Assembly: GCA_965208755.1 (NCBI GenBank)
Contig: OZ242353.1
Location: 4,974,714-5,038,713, forward strand
Reading direction: 5' to 3'
From: Candidatus Multivorans sp.
Lineage (GTDB): Bacteria; Acidobacteriota; Thermoanaerobaculia; Multivoradales; Multivoraceae
DNA: 64,000 nucleotides
A model generated the notes under the pieces. That model was not told the origin of the DNA. It saw nothing but the letters and a program-made list of their open reading frames with translations, and ran no database searches. The translations under genes and the position numbers were made by a program. This document shows positions 1 to 9,364 of the stretch, in pieces; position 1 is the first letter of the stretch; the number at the start of each line of letters is the position of its first letter.

Positions 1-236
1 TATGGCGAAAGCGGCTTCCACGCGCTTGAGGTCAAGAGGTCGAGCGTCGTCCACCCCCGCGACCTGAGCGGCCTTCGCGCCTTCGCTGCGGACTATCCGG
101 AGGCCACGCCGGTGCTCCTCTACGGCGGTCGTCGGACGCTTGCGAACGGCATCCTCTGCCTGCCGTACGAGGGCTTCCTTCGCGACCTCGTTCCCGGCCG
201 CTCCTTCGACGAGATTCTGGCCGCGGTCGGCGGCTA
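1..236 (+). CDS. 3' end of a gene running off the window start. Possible ATPase C-terminal region (DUF4143-like); partial.
   Basis: Frame 1 is open from nt 1 to the TAG at 234-236 (…LEVKRSSVVHPRDLSGLRAFAADYPEATPVLLYGGRRTLANGILCLPYEGFLRDL…). It resembles C-termini of AAA-ATPase/DUF4143 proteins. No start is visible in the window. Confidence 0.35.
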
Positions 237-1382
237 GCAGCCCGTGGCCAGGCCGGCGCCGGTCTCCGACACCAGGAGATCGACGACTTCCCGCAGGGCC
301 TCCTCCTTGCTCGCTCCCTCGACGAGTCGCAACCGGTAGAGGTCGAGCTGCCGGTCGGCGCTCGAGCCTTCGCGCACGATCGTCAGGCAGTGCCGTAGCT
401 CCCGCTCGCAGCCGAGGGCGCTGGCGTCTTCGGCGAGTTCGTCGACGAGTTCCTGCAGTTCGTCGGCGATGTCGATGCGGCCTCCGCGCCGGGTGTCGCC
501 CAGGAAGGCCAGCATGCCGTAGCGCTGCGCCAGCCACTTGTTCTCGACGATGATCTCGGTCGGCGGTTCGGGAGGAAGGGCGCCCTCCCGGTCACGCCGC
601 GCCAGCGTCCGGATGAGGGACGCGTAGAGGGCGACGATGCACATCGCGTCCTCGATCGCCGGACAGGTGTCGCAGATTCGGAGTTCCACTGTCGGGAACT
701 TGTGGGACGGACGGATGTCCCACCAGATCTCGCTGCCGTCCGTGATGAAGGCCATGCGCTGGTACTCGCCGAGAAGCGCTTCGTAGTCGGCTTGGGAGTT
801 GAGCGGCCCGGGAATGCTGGTCCGGGGCATCGCCTCGAAGAGATTCAGCCGGTTGCACTTGAATCCGGACTCGCGGCCCTCGCCGAACGGCGACGAGGCG
901 GAGAGCCCGATGAACAGGGGCAGGTAGCGGCGGAGCGCCGTCATCACCCGGACCCGGGTGTCGAAGTCGCCGAAGCCGGCGTGGACGTGCATGCCGCAGA
1001 TGACCAGGCGCCGGACCGTCTCCTGGTAGGTCGAGGCGAACTGGCGGTAGCGGTCCCTCGGCGTCGGGAGCTGGGCCTCCCAGGCCGCGAACGGATGGGT
1101 TGAGGCGCCGATCACCGCCGCGCCGTGGGCTTGCGCCGCCTCGACGACGAGCCGGCGGGCCGCTCTCAGACCCTCGCGCACTCCGGCGACGGAGTCGTGG
1201 ACGGCGGTGTTCGTTTCGATCTGGGAGCGAAGGAACTCGTGGACGATCTTCTGGCCGCCGCCGGCAGCGTCGCAGGCTTCGAAGATCCCGGGGTCGGGGT
1301 CGTTCAGGAGATCGCGCGAGTCGGGGTCGACGAGGAACAGTTCCTCCTCGACCCCGAGGGTGATCGTGACGTCGTCCGCCAC
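234..1382 (-). CDS. Carboxylate-amine ligase, YbdK / glutamate-cysteine ligase family 2
   Basis: 382-aa ORF. Begins MADDVTITLGVEEELFLVDP…, which matches the GCS2/YbdK N-terminal EEE(F/L)xLVD signature. Full length is typical for the family. Confidence 0.8.
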   Translation of the reverse strand: MADDVTITLGVEEELFLVDPDSRDLLNDPDPGIFEACDAAGGGQKIVHEFLRSQIETNTAVHDSVAGVREGLRAARRLVVEAAQAHGAAVIGASTHPFAAWEAQLPTPRDRYRQFASTYQETVRRLVICGMHVHAGFGDFDTRVRVMTALRRYLPLFIGLSASSPFGEGRESGFKCNRLNLFEAMPRTSIPGPLNSQADYEALLGEYQRMAFITDGSEIWWDIRPSHKFPTVELRICDTCPAIEDAMCIVALYASLIRTLARRDREGALPPEPPTEIIVENKWLAQRYGMLAFLGDTRRGGRIDIADELQELVDELAEDASALGCERELRHCLTIVREGSSADRQLDLYRLRLVEGASKEEALREVVDLLVSETGAGLATGC

Positions 1383-1383
1383 T

Positions 1384-2601
1384 TCAGTAGTTGAGCTCTT
1401 CGCCTTCGGATTTCGCGATGACGGCGGCGCCGACTGAGTCGGAGGTGATGTTGACCATCGTCCGGAACATGTCGAGCGGGCGGTCGACGCTGAGCATCAG
1501 GCCGGCGAGGGCGTATGCCTCGGGCGTGGTCAGGTCGATCGCTTCGAGCACGATGAAGATCATGACCAGGCCGGCCGACGGAATCGCGGCAGCGCCGACC
1601 GAGGCCAGCAGCGCGGTCAGCACGACGACCAACTGCGTGTACAGCGAGAGTTCGACCCCGAGGGCCTGGGCGATGAAGAGCGCGCCGACGATCTCCAGCA
1701 GGGCCGTGCCGTCCATGTTGACCGTCGCGCCCATGGGCGCGACGAAGCTCGTCACCCGATTCGAGGCCCCGACCTTCTCGCGCAGGCACTTCATCGTCAT
1801 CGGCAGGGTGGCCGCCGACGAACTGGTCGAGAACGCCATCGCCATGGCCGATGCCATCGCCCGGTAGTGGTGGATGGGGTTCTTCCGGGCCAGCAGGCTG
1901 AACAGCAGCGGCAGCACGACGAAGACGTGCAGCGTCAGACCGACCGCGATCGTCAACACGTACTTGCCGACCTGCTGGAAGACATCGAGGCCCATCTGGC
2001 TCACCGCGCGGGCGAGCAGGGCGAAGACGCCGATCGGCAGCAGACGGATGACCCACGTCGTCACCTTCATCATCGCTTCGAAGCCGGCGCTGAAGCCATC
2101 CCGGAGCAGGTCGCCCGTCTTGCCGGTCATCACGCCGATCGCGGCGCCGAGCACGATCGAGAAGAAGATGAGCCCCAGGATGTCGCCGCCGGCGGCCGCG
2201 CCCACCGGGTTGTCCGGGACCAGCCGCTGGATGATGTCGGCCATCGAGCTGGGGGTCTGCAGATCCTCCGGAGTGAGGGGCTCCACGCCTTCCGGCATGA
2301 CGAGACCCCGGCCGGGTCGTATGCTGTTGGCCAGCGTGAGTCCGACCAGGATGGCCATGAAACTGCTGAGCGCGTACCAGAGGAGGGTCTTGCCGCCAAG
2401 CCTCCCGATCGATCTGCCATCACCGATGCCGGACACGCCATGGACGATCGAAGTGAAGATCAGGGGCACGATGACCATCCTGAGCAGGCGCATGAAGAGG
2501 TCGGCGATCCAACCGATCCAGCCCACTTCGCCGAAGACCAGGGCGAAGCCGAGCCCCAATGCCATTCCGATCAGTACCTGCCAGTGAAGTGCGAGTTTCA
2601 T
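1384..2601 (-). CDS. Dicarboxylate/amino acid:cation symporter (DAACS family, GltP-like)
   Basis: Polytopic membrane protein with DAACS signature-like segments (…SSSAATLPMTM…, …NMDGTALLE…). Start taken at MKLALHW. Located 2 nt downstream of the ligase gene on the same strand. Confidence 0.8.
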   Translation of the reverse strand: MKLALHWQVLIGMALGLGFALVFGEVGWIGWIADLFMRLLRMVIVPLIFTSIVHGVSGIGDGRSIGRLGGKTLLWYALSSFMAILVGLTLANSIRPGRGLVMPEGVEPLTPEDLQTPSSMADIIQRLVPDNPVGAAAGGDILGLIFFSIVLGAAIGVMTGKTGDLLRDGFSAGFEAMMKVTTWVIRLLPIGVFALLARAVSQMGLDVFQQVGKYVLTIAVGLTLHVFVVLPLLFSLLARKNPIHHYRAMASAMAMAFSTSSSAATLPMTMKCLREKVGASNRVTSFVAPMGATVNMDGTALLEIVGALFIAQALGVELSLYTQLVVVLTALLASVGAAAIPSAGLVMIFIVLEAIDLTTPEAYALAGLMLSVDRPLDMFRTMVNITSDSVGAAVIAKSEGEELNY

Positions 2602-3772
2602 GAGTCGGCAGGGTAGCACGCGAAAACGGAGGGCTCGCAGTCCGTTTCGACGCCTCCCGCGCGTTCTTGCGCTGGCTGCAGCCGTCGTGCTGGCGGCGCT
2701 CGTGGCGAGCTGCGGCAGCGTCCGCTACTACACCCAGGCGGTCTGGGGCGGAGCCGATGTCCTGGTGAAGCGGAAGCCGATCGACCGCCTGCTCGAACCG
2801 GGCCGGGCGCAGGTTCTGGCTGCCGCGACGCGGGAACGGCTGCGGCTGAGCCAGGAGATCCGCGACTTCGCCAGCCGGGAGCTCGGACTCCCGGACAACC
2901 GGAGCTATCGCAGCTACGCCGACCTGGGCCGGCCCTACGCGGTCTGGAACGTGGTCGCCGCTCCCCGGCTCAGCCTGGAACCGAAGACCTGGTGCTACCC
3001 GTTCGCCGGTTGCGCCGCCTATCGCGGCTACTTCAGCGAGCGCGCGGCGCGGCGCCACGGCGACCGGCTGACCGCCGACGGCTACGACGTGCGCGTCGGC
3101 GGCGTGGCGGCGTACTCGACCCTGGGCTGGTTCGCGGATCCGGTGCTCAACACCTTTCTCGACTACGCCGAGGCGGACCTCGCGGCCCTGATCTTCCACG
3201 AACTCGCCCACCAGGTCGTCTACGTCAAGGACGACAGCGCGTTCAACGAGTCCTTCGCGACCGCGGTCGAGGTCGAAGGCGTGCGCCGGTGGCTGCGTTC
3301 GCTCGGCCGCGACGAGGAACTCGCCGCCTTCGAGAGCGCCCGGCGGCGCCGGCGCGACCTGAACCGCTTTCTTCTCGAGGCGCGAGCGGAACTCGAGTCG
3401 ATCTACGGGAGCGACGACAGCGACGAGCGGAAGCTGGGCTGGAAGGCGGAGTTGTTCCGGTCCCTGCCCTCGCGCTACCGGCGTGAACTCGTTCCGGCCT
3501 GGCGCGCGGCGGGCGACGATGCCGGCGGCGAATCGAACCTTGGCGAGTGGCTGTCGCGGCTCAACAACGCGGACCTCGTCGCGGTCGCCACCTACAACGA
3601 TCTCGTGCCGGCGTTCCGGGCCCTGCTGGAGGCGTCAGGAGACAGCTTCCCCGCGTTCTACGGGGAAGTGGAGCGGCTGGCGGGGCTGGAACCGGAGGAC
3701 CGGCGCCGCGCCCTCGACGTGCTGGCTACCGGCGGTCCAGAACCGCCCGCGCCCGGTCCGGGTAGTCGGTGA
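2600..3772 (+). CDS. Putative zinc aminopeptidase (Aminopep-like), lipoprotein
   Basis: N-terminal signal with lipobox-like LVASCGS. HELAH zinc-binding motif (FHELAHQVVY). 390 aa. Confidence 0.55.
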   Translation: MSRQGSTRKRRARSPFRRLPRVLALAAAVVLAALVASCGSVRYYTQAVWGGADVLVKRKPIDRLLEPGRAQVLAAATRERLRLSQEIRDFASRELGLPDNRSYRSYADLGRPYAVWNVVAAPRLSLEPKTWCYPFAGCAAYRGYFSERAARRHGDRLTADGYDVRVGGVAAYSTLGWFADPVLNTFLDYAEADLAALIFHELAHQVVYVKDDSAFNESFATAVEVEGVRRWLRSLGRDEELAAFESARRRRRDLNRFLLEARAELESIYGSDDSDERKLGWKAELFRSLPSRYRRELVPAWRAAGDDAGGESNLGEWLSRLNNADLVAVATYNDLVPAFRALLEASGDSFPAFYGEVERLAGLEPEDRRRALDVLATGGPEPPAPGPGSR

Positions 3773-4721
3773 ACACGCCGTCGACGCCGAGTTCGAACAG
3801 GTAGCGCTCAAGCTCGGCTTCGTGGCTGCCATGACGGTCCGGCACCTGGTCGGCGCGGAACGTGTAGGGATGGACGGTCAGGCCGGCGTCGCGCGCCCAG
3901 CCGATCAGCTCTGGCTGCCGCTCCAGCATCGTCTTGGCCGGGCCGATGCCGTCGGCGAACGCGACGACGCTGGCGATGCCCTCTGGACTGAGGAAGCGCT
4001 GGTACTGCTCGACCTCTGCCATCAGGAGGACCTGGGGCAGCTTCGAACCCAGCGCCCGCAGGCGTTGGAGACTCTCCGGCTCGAAGCTCTGGACGAAGAC
4101 CGGCGCGCCGGGCTTTCGGTAGCCGTAGCGCTCGAGAAGCTCAAGTAGCGCCGCCTCCATCGGCAGCCCTTGGGCGCGGTGCCAGGCGGGCGCCTTGATC
4201 TCGGGATAGATGCCGACCGTTCGGCCGGTGCGCTCGTTCAGGCCCTGGACGAGCTCGATCATCTCGGCGAAGGAGGGGACGGCGAAGCGGCTGCTGCCCC
4301 TGGGGAAGCGGTCGCGCAGCCGCTCCTCGGCCTCGAGTCTCCGAATCTCCGCGAGCGAAAAGTCGGCGGCGTACCAGCGGCCGTCCTCGCGGGCGCGGTC
4401 GGGGAAGACCTGCTCGACGTTCGTCGTCGCCTGCAGATGGATGTCGTGCAGGCAGATCAGATGCCCATCCCGGGTCAGGACGAGGTCAGGCTCGATGTAG
4501 TCGGCACCCATGCCGTGGGCGAGGGCGTAGGCCGCCAGGGTGTGCTCGGGAAGGTAGCCGCTGGCGCCGCGGTGGGCAATGACGATCTTGGCGGGTGGCG
4601 ACACGGCATCCTCCGTGTCCCCGTCGTCGCCGGCGAGCGTGGCGGCGGGCAGCGCGGTACTGCACGCCAGCGCGGCGGCAAGGAGCGGGACTCGGGCTCG
4701 CGACTCCACTTTGTGGCTCAC
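3726..4721 (-). CDS. glpQ: Glycerophosphodiester phosphodiesterase (periplasmic GlpQ-like)
   Basis: Signal peptide followed by IVIAHRGASGYLPEHTLAAY…DYIEPDLVLTRDG, the GP-PDE catalytic signature. GTG start at 4721 overlaps the upstream gene's TGA (GTGA). Confidence 0.8.
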   Translation of the reverse strand: MSHKVESRARVPLLAAALACSTALPAATLAGDDGDTEDAVSPPAKIVIAHRGASGYLPEHTLAAYALAHGMGADYIEPDLVLTRDGHLICLHDIHLQATTNVEQVFPDRAREDGRWYAADFSLAEIRRLEAEERLRDRFPRGSSRFAVPSFAEMIELVQGLNERTGRTVGIYPEIKAPAWHRAQGLPMEAALLELLERYGYRKPGAPVFVQSFEPESLQRLRALGSKLPQVLLMAEVEQYQRFLSPEGIASVVAFADGIGPAKTMLERQPELIGWARDAGLTVHPYTFRADQVPDRHGSHEAELERYLFELGVDGVFTDYPDRARAVLDRR

Positions 4722-6760
4722 TCCGACAGCGGCTCGACCTCGACCCGGGCGTCGTTGAAGCAGGCGCCCGCTCCGATGTCGGTCAGGGTGTCCGGCGCGA
4801 GGGCACAGGCGTTGTTCCCGGACTCCGTGCTCCGGCCCCAGACCCCCTTGGGCAGCAGGGCGACTCCGGGCTTGAGGTCGGAGTTGAGCCGGACGCGGCA
4901 GCGGACCTCGCCGTAGTCGTTGAACACGCGCACGCGCGGCTTGTCGCCGCCCAACCCGCGCGCCGCGGCGTCGTCCGGGTGCATCTCGAGCGGCACCTGG
5001 CCGCGGCGCAACTGGCCGAAGGTGGAACTCACCGTCTGCGGCACGGAGGGAGAGATGAGCGCCAGCGGGTACCGCCCGCCGTCCGGCTCGGAGTGGAAAG
5101 CGTAGAGCCCGCGGCTCGACTCGGCTTCGAGGGACGGCGGGCAGAGATGGACCTTGCGGTCGGCCGTGTGGGGGAAGACGTCGACGAACTGGACCGGCCG
5201 GCGACCGGTCTCCGGCAGCACCAGGCCCTCGTCCGCGAGCCGCCGTTGTCGTTCGCCGCCGAGCACCGCCTGCCGCCATTCCGCCCCCGTGCGCGGGTCA
5301 TCGTCGCGCAGGAGTCCGAGTCGGTCCGCCAGTGCGCCGAACACGCGGAGGTTGGAACGGGCCTCGCCGACCGGCTGCGCCACCGGCTTCGTGTCGTGGA
5401 GCACCATCGCTCCGTAGCCCATCGCCAGGTCGTCGTGTTCGAGGAAGGTCGTCGCCGGCAGCACCAGGTCGGCCCAGGCGGCGGTGTCCGTCATCACCTG
5501 GTCGAAGACGACGGTGAACAGGTCCTCCCGCTTCAGACCGCGGCGGACGAGCTCCTGGTTCGGCAGCGTCGCGAGCGGATTCGCGTTGTAGACGAAGAGG
5601 ACCTGGACGGGTGGTCCGGAGTTGGCGTCCGGGTCGGTCAGCACCCTGCCGACGTGGTTCATGTTCACGATCCGCGTGCCCGGCGACGGCTCGCGCCGGC
5701 CCACGTCGCGGAAGGCGGCGCCGTTGCTCATCGTGTAGCCGCCGGCGCGAACCTTGAACTTGCCGGCCACGGCGGGCAGGGCGAGGACCGCCGCGACCGC
5801 CGATCCGCCGTTCCGGTTGCGCTCGACGCCCCAGCCGCAACGGATGACCGCCGGCGAGGACGTGCTGTACCAGTCGTAGCAGCGGGCGATGTCGGGCGCC
5901 GGCACGCCAGTGACTTCGGCGGCGCGTTCGAAGGTCCACCGCTCAGCCCGCCGCCGGAGCTCGTCGACACCGGTCGCGTGTTCGGCCAGGAATTCGAGGT
6001 CCGCGTCGCCACGGCGGAACAGTTCGCGGTGAAGCGCCAGGGCGAGGCACAGGTCCGTGCCCGGCCGCGGCTGAAGGTGGAGGTCGGCCTGCTTCGCCAG
6101 TGGCGTGCGCCGCGGATCGACGACGACGAGCTTGCCGCCGCGGGCCCGGGCGGCGCGCAGGATCGGCACCAGGTGGATGCCGGTGGAGGAGGGATTGGCG
6201 CCCCACACGATCGCGAGTTGAGCGTGTTCGTAGTCCTCGAGGGCGACGCCGGCCATCTTGCCGTAGAGGCCGAGCGCGGCGGCGGTGCTGGGCGCCGCGC
6301 ACACGGTGCGCGCGAGCTGGGAGGCGCCGAAGCGACGGAACAGGATCGCGTCCGCTGTGTCCTGTGTGAGCAGGCCGTTCGAGCCGCCGTAGCTGAGCGG
6401 CAGCACGGATTCGCCTCCGAAGGTCCTCTTCGCCTCGGCCATCCGTTCGACGATCAGGTCGAGGGCGTCGTCCCAGGAGATCCGCCGGAAGCCGCCGTCG
6501 CCCCGGGCGCCGTCTCGCAGTGCCGGGTGGAGCAGGCGATCCTCGCCGTACAGGTGGCGCGAGATCCGTCCGACCTTCGAGCAGATGAAGCCGCTGGTCA
6601 GTGGATGGGCGACTTCCGGCGGCGCCGCCCGCACCTTGGCGACGCGGCCGTCCTCGACCTCGACCTCGAGCGAGCAGGAGTCGGGGCAGTCCAGCGTGCA
6701 GGCGGTGTGGTGAACAGCCGTGCTGTCCACCGCAGCCGGCGCGGGATCCGCGATCGTCAT
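4718..6760 (-). CDS. Molybdopterin-dependent oxidoreductase (MopB superfamily) with N-terminal 4Fe-4S CxxCxxxC motif
   Basis: 680 aa. HHTACTLDCPDSCSL supplies the cluster cysteines. Molybdopterin oxidoreductase-like body. Translationally coupled to glpQ. Confidence 0.75.
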   Translation of the reverse strand: MTIADPAPAAVDSTAVHHTACTLDCPDSCSLEVEVEDGRVAKVRAAPPEVAHPLTSGFICSKVGRISRHLYGEDRLLHPALRDGARGDGGFRRISWDDALDLIVERMAEAKRTFGGESVLPLSYGGSNGLLTQDTADAILFRRFGASQLARTVCAAPSTAAALGLYGKMAGVALEDYEHAQLAIVWGANPSSTGIHLVPILRAARARGGKLVVVDPRRTPLAKQADLHLQPRPGTDLCLALALHRELFRRGDADLEFLAEHATGVDELRRRAERWTFERAAEVTGVPAPDIARCYDWYSTSSPAVIRCGWGVERNRNGGSAVAAVLALPAVAGKFKVRAGGYTMSNGAAFRDVGRREPSPGTRIVNMNHVGRVLTDPDANSGPPVQVLFVYNANPLATLPNQELVRRGLKREDLFTVVFDQVMTDTAAWADLVLPATTFLEHDDLAMGYGAMVLHDTKPVAQPVGEARSNLRVFGALADRLGLLRDDDPRTGAEWRQAVLGGERQRRLADEGLVLPETGRRPVQFVDVFPHTADRKVHLCPPSLEAESSRGLYAFHSEPDGGRYPLALISPSVPQTVSSTFGQLRRGQVPLEMHPDDAAARGLGGDKPRVRVFNDYGEVRCRVRLNSDLKPGVALLPKGVWGRSTESGNNACALAPDTLTDIGAGACFNDARVEVEPLSE

Positions 6761-6816
6761 GCGTTGAAGCGTACACCGCTGAATGTCGGTACGATTCGCG
6801 CTCCCGGACTTCCACC

Positions 6817-7953
6817 ATGACCCTGACGCTCGATCGACAGTCCTCCGCGCAGCAGGCGCTGAACCAGCGGGTCTTCAACTTCTCGCCGGGTCCGGCGGTG
6901 TTGCCGCTGCCGGTCCTTCAGGAGATCCAGCGCGATCTGCTGGCGCTGCCGGGCGCGGGAAGCTCCGTGCTGGAGATCAGTCACCGTTCGCCGGCCTTCG
7001 ACGCGATTCTGGATGAGGCGGAATCCAACCTGCGCGAACTGCTCGCCATCCCGGCCGGCTACCGGGTGCTTTTCCTGCAGGGTGGCGCCTCGTTGCAGTT
7101 CTCCATGGTCCCGATCAACCTGCTGCGCGGTCAGAGCCTGCCGGCGACCTACATCCTGACCGGGTCCTGGGGCGGCAAGGCCGCGGTCGAAGCGCGGCGC
7201 GAGGGCGAGGTCCACGTCGCATGGGACGGAAACGCCGACAACTTCGTGCGGGTGCCGAGCGACGGGGACCTCGATCTGCCGCCGGCCTCGGCCTACGTCT
7301 ACTACACGTCGAACGAGACGATCCAGGGCGTCCAGTTCCGCCGTCCGCCCGCGGTCGGCGCCGTGCCCCTGGTGTGCGACGCGTCGTCGGACTTTCTCTC
7401 GGCCCCGGTCGACGTGAGTAAGTTCGGTCTGCTCTACGCCTGCGCCCAGAAGAACGCCGGTCCCTCGGGGCTGACCGTGGTCATCGTCTCGGACCAGGTT
7501 CTCGAACGGTGCGGCGACGACGTGCACTCCATGCTCAGCTTCCGGCGCCAGGCGGAGAAGGGCTCGCGCCTCAACACCCCGAACGTCTTCGGCGTCTACG
7601 TCTTCCTGCTCGTCACGCGTTGGTTGCGGGACGAGGTTGGCGGCCTGGAGGCCGCGGCCGAGCGGGCGGCGGCGAAGAGCGCGCTGATGTACGACGTGCT
7701 GGACCGGGACGGCGGCGAGTTCTTCATCGCCCATGCCGAGCGCGCTTGCCGTTCGCGCATGAACGTGACCTTCAGGCTGCGACGTGGCGATCTGGAAGAG
7801 GCGTTCGTCGCCGGTGCGGCCGAACTGGATCTCGTCTCGATCAAGGGCCACCGTTCAGTGGGCGGCTTCCGTATCTCCGCCTACAACGCGATGCCCGTCG
7901 AGGGCGTCGAACGCCTGCGCGACTACATGCTGGACTTCCGCGCCAGCCACTGA
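6817..7953 (+). CDS. serC: Phosphoserine aminotransferase
   Basis: Begins MTLTLDRQ…VFNFSPGPAVLP, the typical SerC N-terminus. 378 aa with class-V aminotransferase architecture. Confidence 0.85.
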   Translation: MTLTLDRQSSAQQALNQRVFNFSPGPAVLPLPVLQEIQRDLLALPGAGSSVLEISHRSPAFDAILDEAESNLRELLAIPAGYRVLFLQGGASLQFSMVPINLLRGQSLPATYILTGSWGGKAAVEARREGEVHVAWDGNADNFVRVPSDGDLDLPPASAYVYYTSNETIQGVQFRRPPAVGAVPLVCDASSDFLSAPVDVSKFGLLYACAQKNAGPSGLTVVIVSDQVLERCGDDVHSMLSFRRQAEKGSRLNTPNVFGVYVFLLVTRWLRDEVGGLEAAAERAAAKSALMYDVLDRDGGEFFIAHAERACRSRMNVTFRLRRGDLEEAFVAGAAELDLVSIKGHRSVGGFRISAYNAMPVEGVERLRDYMLDFRASH

Positions 7954-7958
7954 GCGGG

Positions 7959-9041
7959 TCATCGCCGGCTCGTCAGCAGCGCCGATCCCACGATTGCCAG
8001 CAGCAGCAACACGCCGCCGCCCCAGAGCAGGATCGGCGAGGCTCCGGTCTCGTCGTACGTGACCACGTCGTCCCTCGGCTCGTCGAAGAGCGAGTCGTAG
8101 GTTGCCGCCGCTGCTCGGGCCGCGGTCGCCGCCGCCGCCATCGCCGCCTCGTCTTCCGGCTGGCCCAGGCCGTCCTCGGCGATGATCCTCTCGACGGTGT
8201 GGACGAGATCCCAGAGCTCGTCCCGGCTGTAGGCGTCGCGATAACCCGGCATCGCCGTGCCGTCCATGCCGAGATAGAGGCGGCTGTAGATGTCGGCGCT
8301 GCGGTTGCCGCCCTTGAAGACCCCGCCGACGATGTTGGTCGGCAGGGTGTGGTTGCCCTCGAAATCCGGCATCGGGTCGTTGCGAAGCCGCCTGCCGTTC
8401 GGGCCGTGGCAGGAAGCGCAGGCCTCCAGGTAGATCCGTTCGCCCCGGGTGCGTCGTTCGTCGTCGAAGGGAGGCTCGGGCGGTATCTCGATCGCCCGCC
8501 CCGGCGTCGTTCGCCTCGCGAACTCCGCGTCGGCGTCCTCGGCGCTCAACTCGCCTGCGGCGACCTCCCGATCGAGTTCGCTCCGGATGGCGTCCAGACT
8601 GAAACTGCGCGTGTAGCGAGCCATCGCCGCGATCTCGGCGTCGGGAACCTGGCCCCAGGCCGACATTCCGGTGCCGGGCATGCCGCGCCGGATCGTCTCT
8701 TCCAGATCGCGGTCCGACGGGATCGAGTTCTCGGTCGTGGCCAGCTTGAACCGGCCCGACTGGAAGCTGCGGGGCCGCTCACCGGTGGTGTAGCTGAACT
8801 TGCCCAGGCCGTCGCCGTCTTCGCCGTGGCACTCGCGGCAGTAGCGGAGGAAGGCTTGCCTGCCTAGGTCGTCGGCATTCACGGCGGAGGTTGGGGGATC
8901 ATCGGCCGTGGTGCCCTGCGCCTTCAAGGTCGGCGGGCCGACAAGCAGAGCTGTCGCGCACAGCACGGCTGCGAGGTTCCATCTGTACGGTTGCGAGAGG
9001 CTCCGCGCCTGGACCGAGCATGACACGATGAAGGGCGTCAC
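7959..9041 (-). CDS. Diheme c-type cytochrome, membrane anchored
   Basis: Two CxxCH motifs (CRECHG and CASCHG). N-terminal signal peptide and a C-terminal hydrophobic helix (ILLWGGGVLLLLAIVGSALL). Confidence 0.7.
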   Translation of the reverse strand: MTPFIVSCSVQARSLSQPYRWNLAAVLCATALLVGPPTLKAQGTTADDPPTSAVNADDLGRQAFLRYCRECHGEDGDGLGKFSYTTGERPRSFQSGRFKLATTENSIPSDRDLEETIRRGMPGTGMSAWGQVPDAEIAAMARYTRSFSLDAIRSELDREVAAGELSAEDADAEFARRTTPGRAIEIPPEPPFDDERRTRGERIYLEACASCHGPNGRRLRNDPMPDFEGNHTLPTNIVGGVFKGGNRSADIYSRLYLGMDGTAMPGYRDAYSRDELWDLVHTVERIIAEDGLGQPEDEAAMAAAATAARAAAATYDSLFDEPRDDVVTYDETGASPILLWGGGVLLLLAIVGSALLTSRR

Positions 9042-9364
9042 TCCGGGGATACCGCGCTAGTGGTTCGAGAACATCGATAGTTGGACCCGATACAACGGCA
9101 GCGGCTTCACCGGGCCTCGGTGCCGGTCCATCGCTACTGGCACCCTTTCGACCGCACCTCAGTCCGCTGGCGCCGCCGAGTCTATGTCCGCGGCCGGATG
9201 GGTTCCGGGAGTGGACTCGAGATTCATGAAGATGTTGGCGGCAAGCACGCCGTCCGGTCGAGCGCCCGCGGTACGCGACCGTCCTGGGGACTGGGCACAA
9301 GTCGGGAGTCGTCAGCCCGGTGGTCGTGACAAGAGCGACGTAGCACGATACAACGGCACGTTGA

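Noticed and set aside
140-553. Plus-strand ORF antisense to the YbdK-like ligase, and similar ORFs at 1304-2056, 1867-2616, 2420-3211
   Set aside because: They overlap well-supported genes on the other strand or frame. Their Arg/Ala-rich translations carry no domain signatures.
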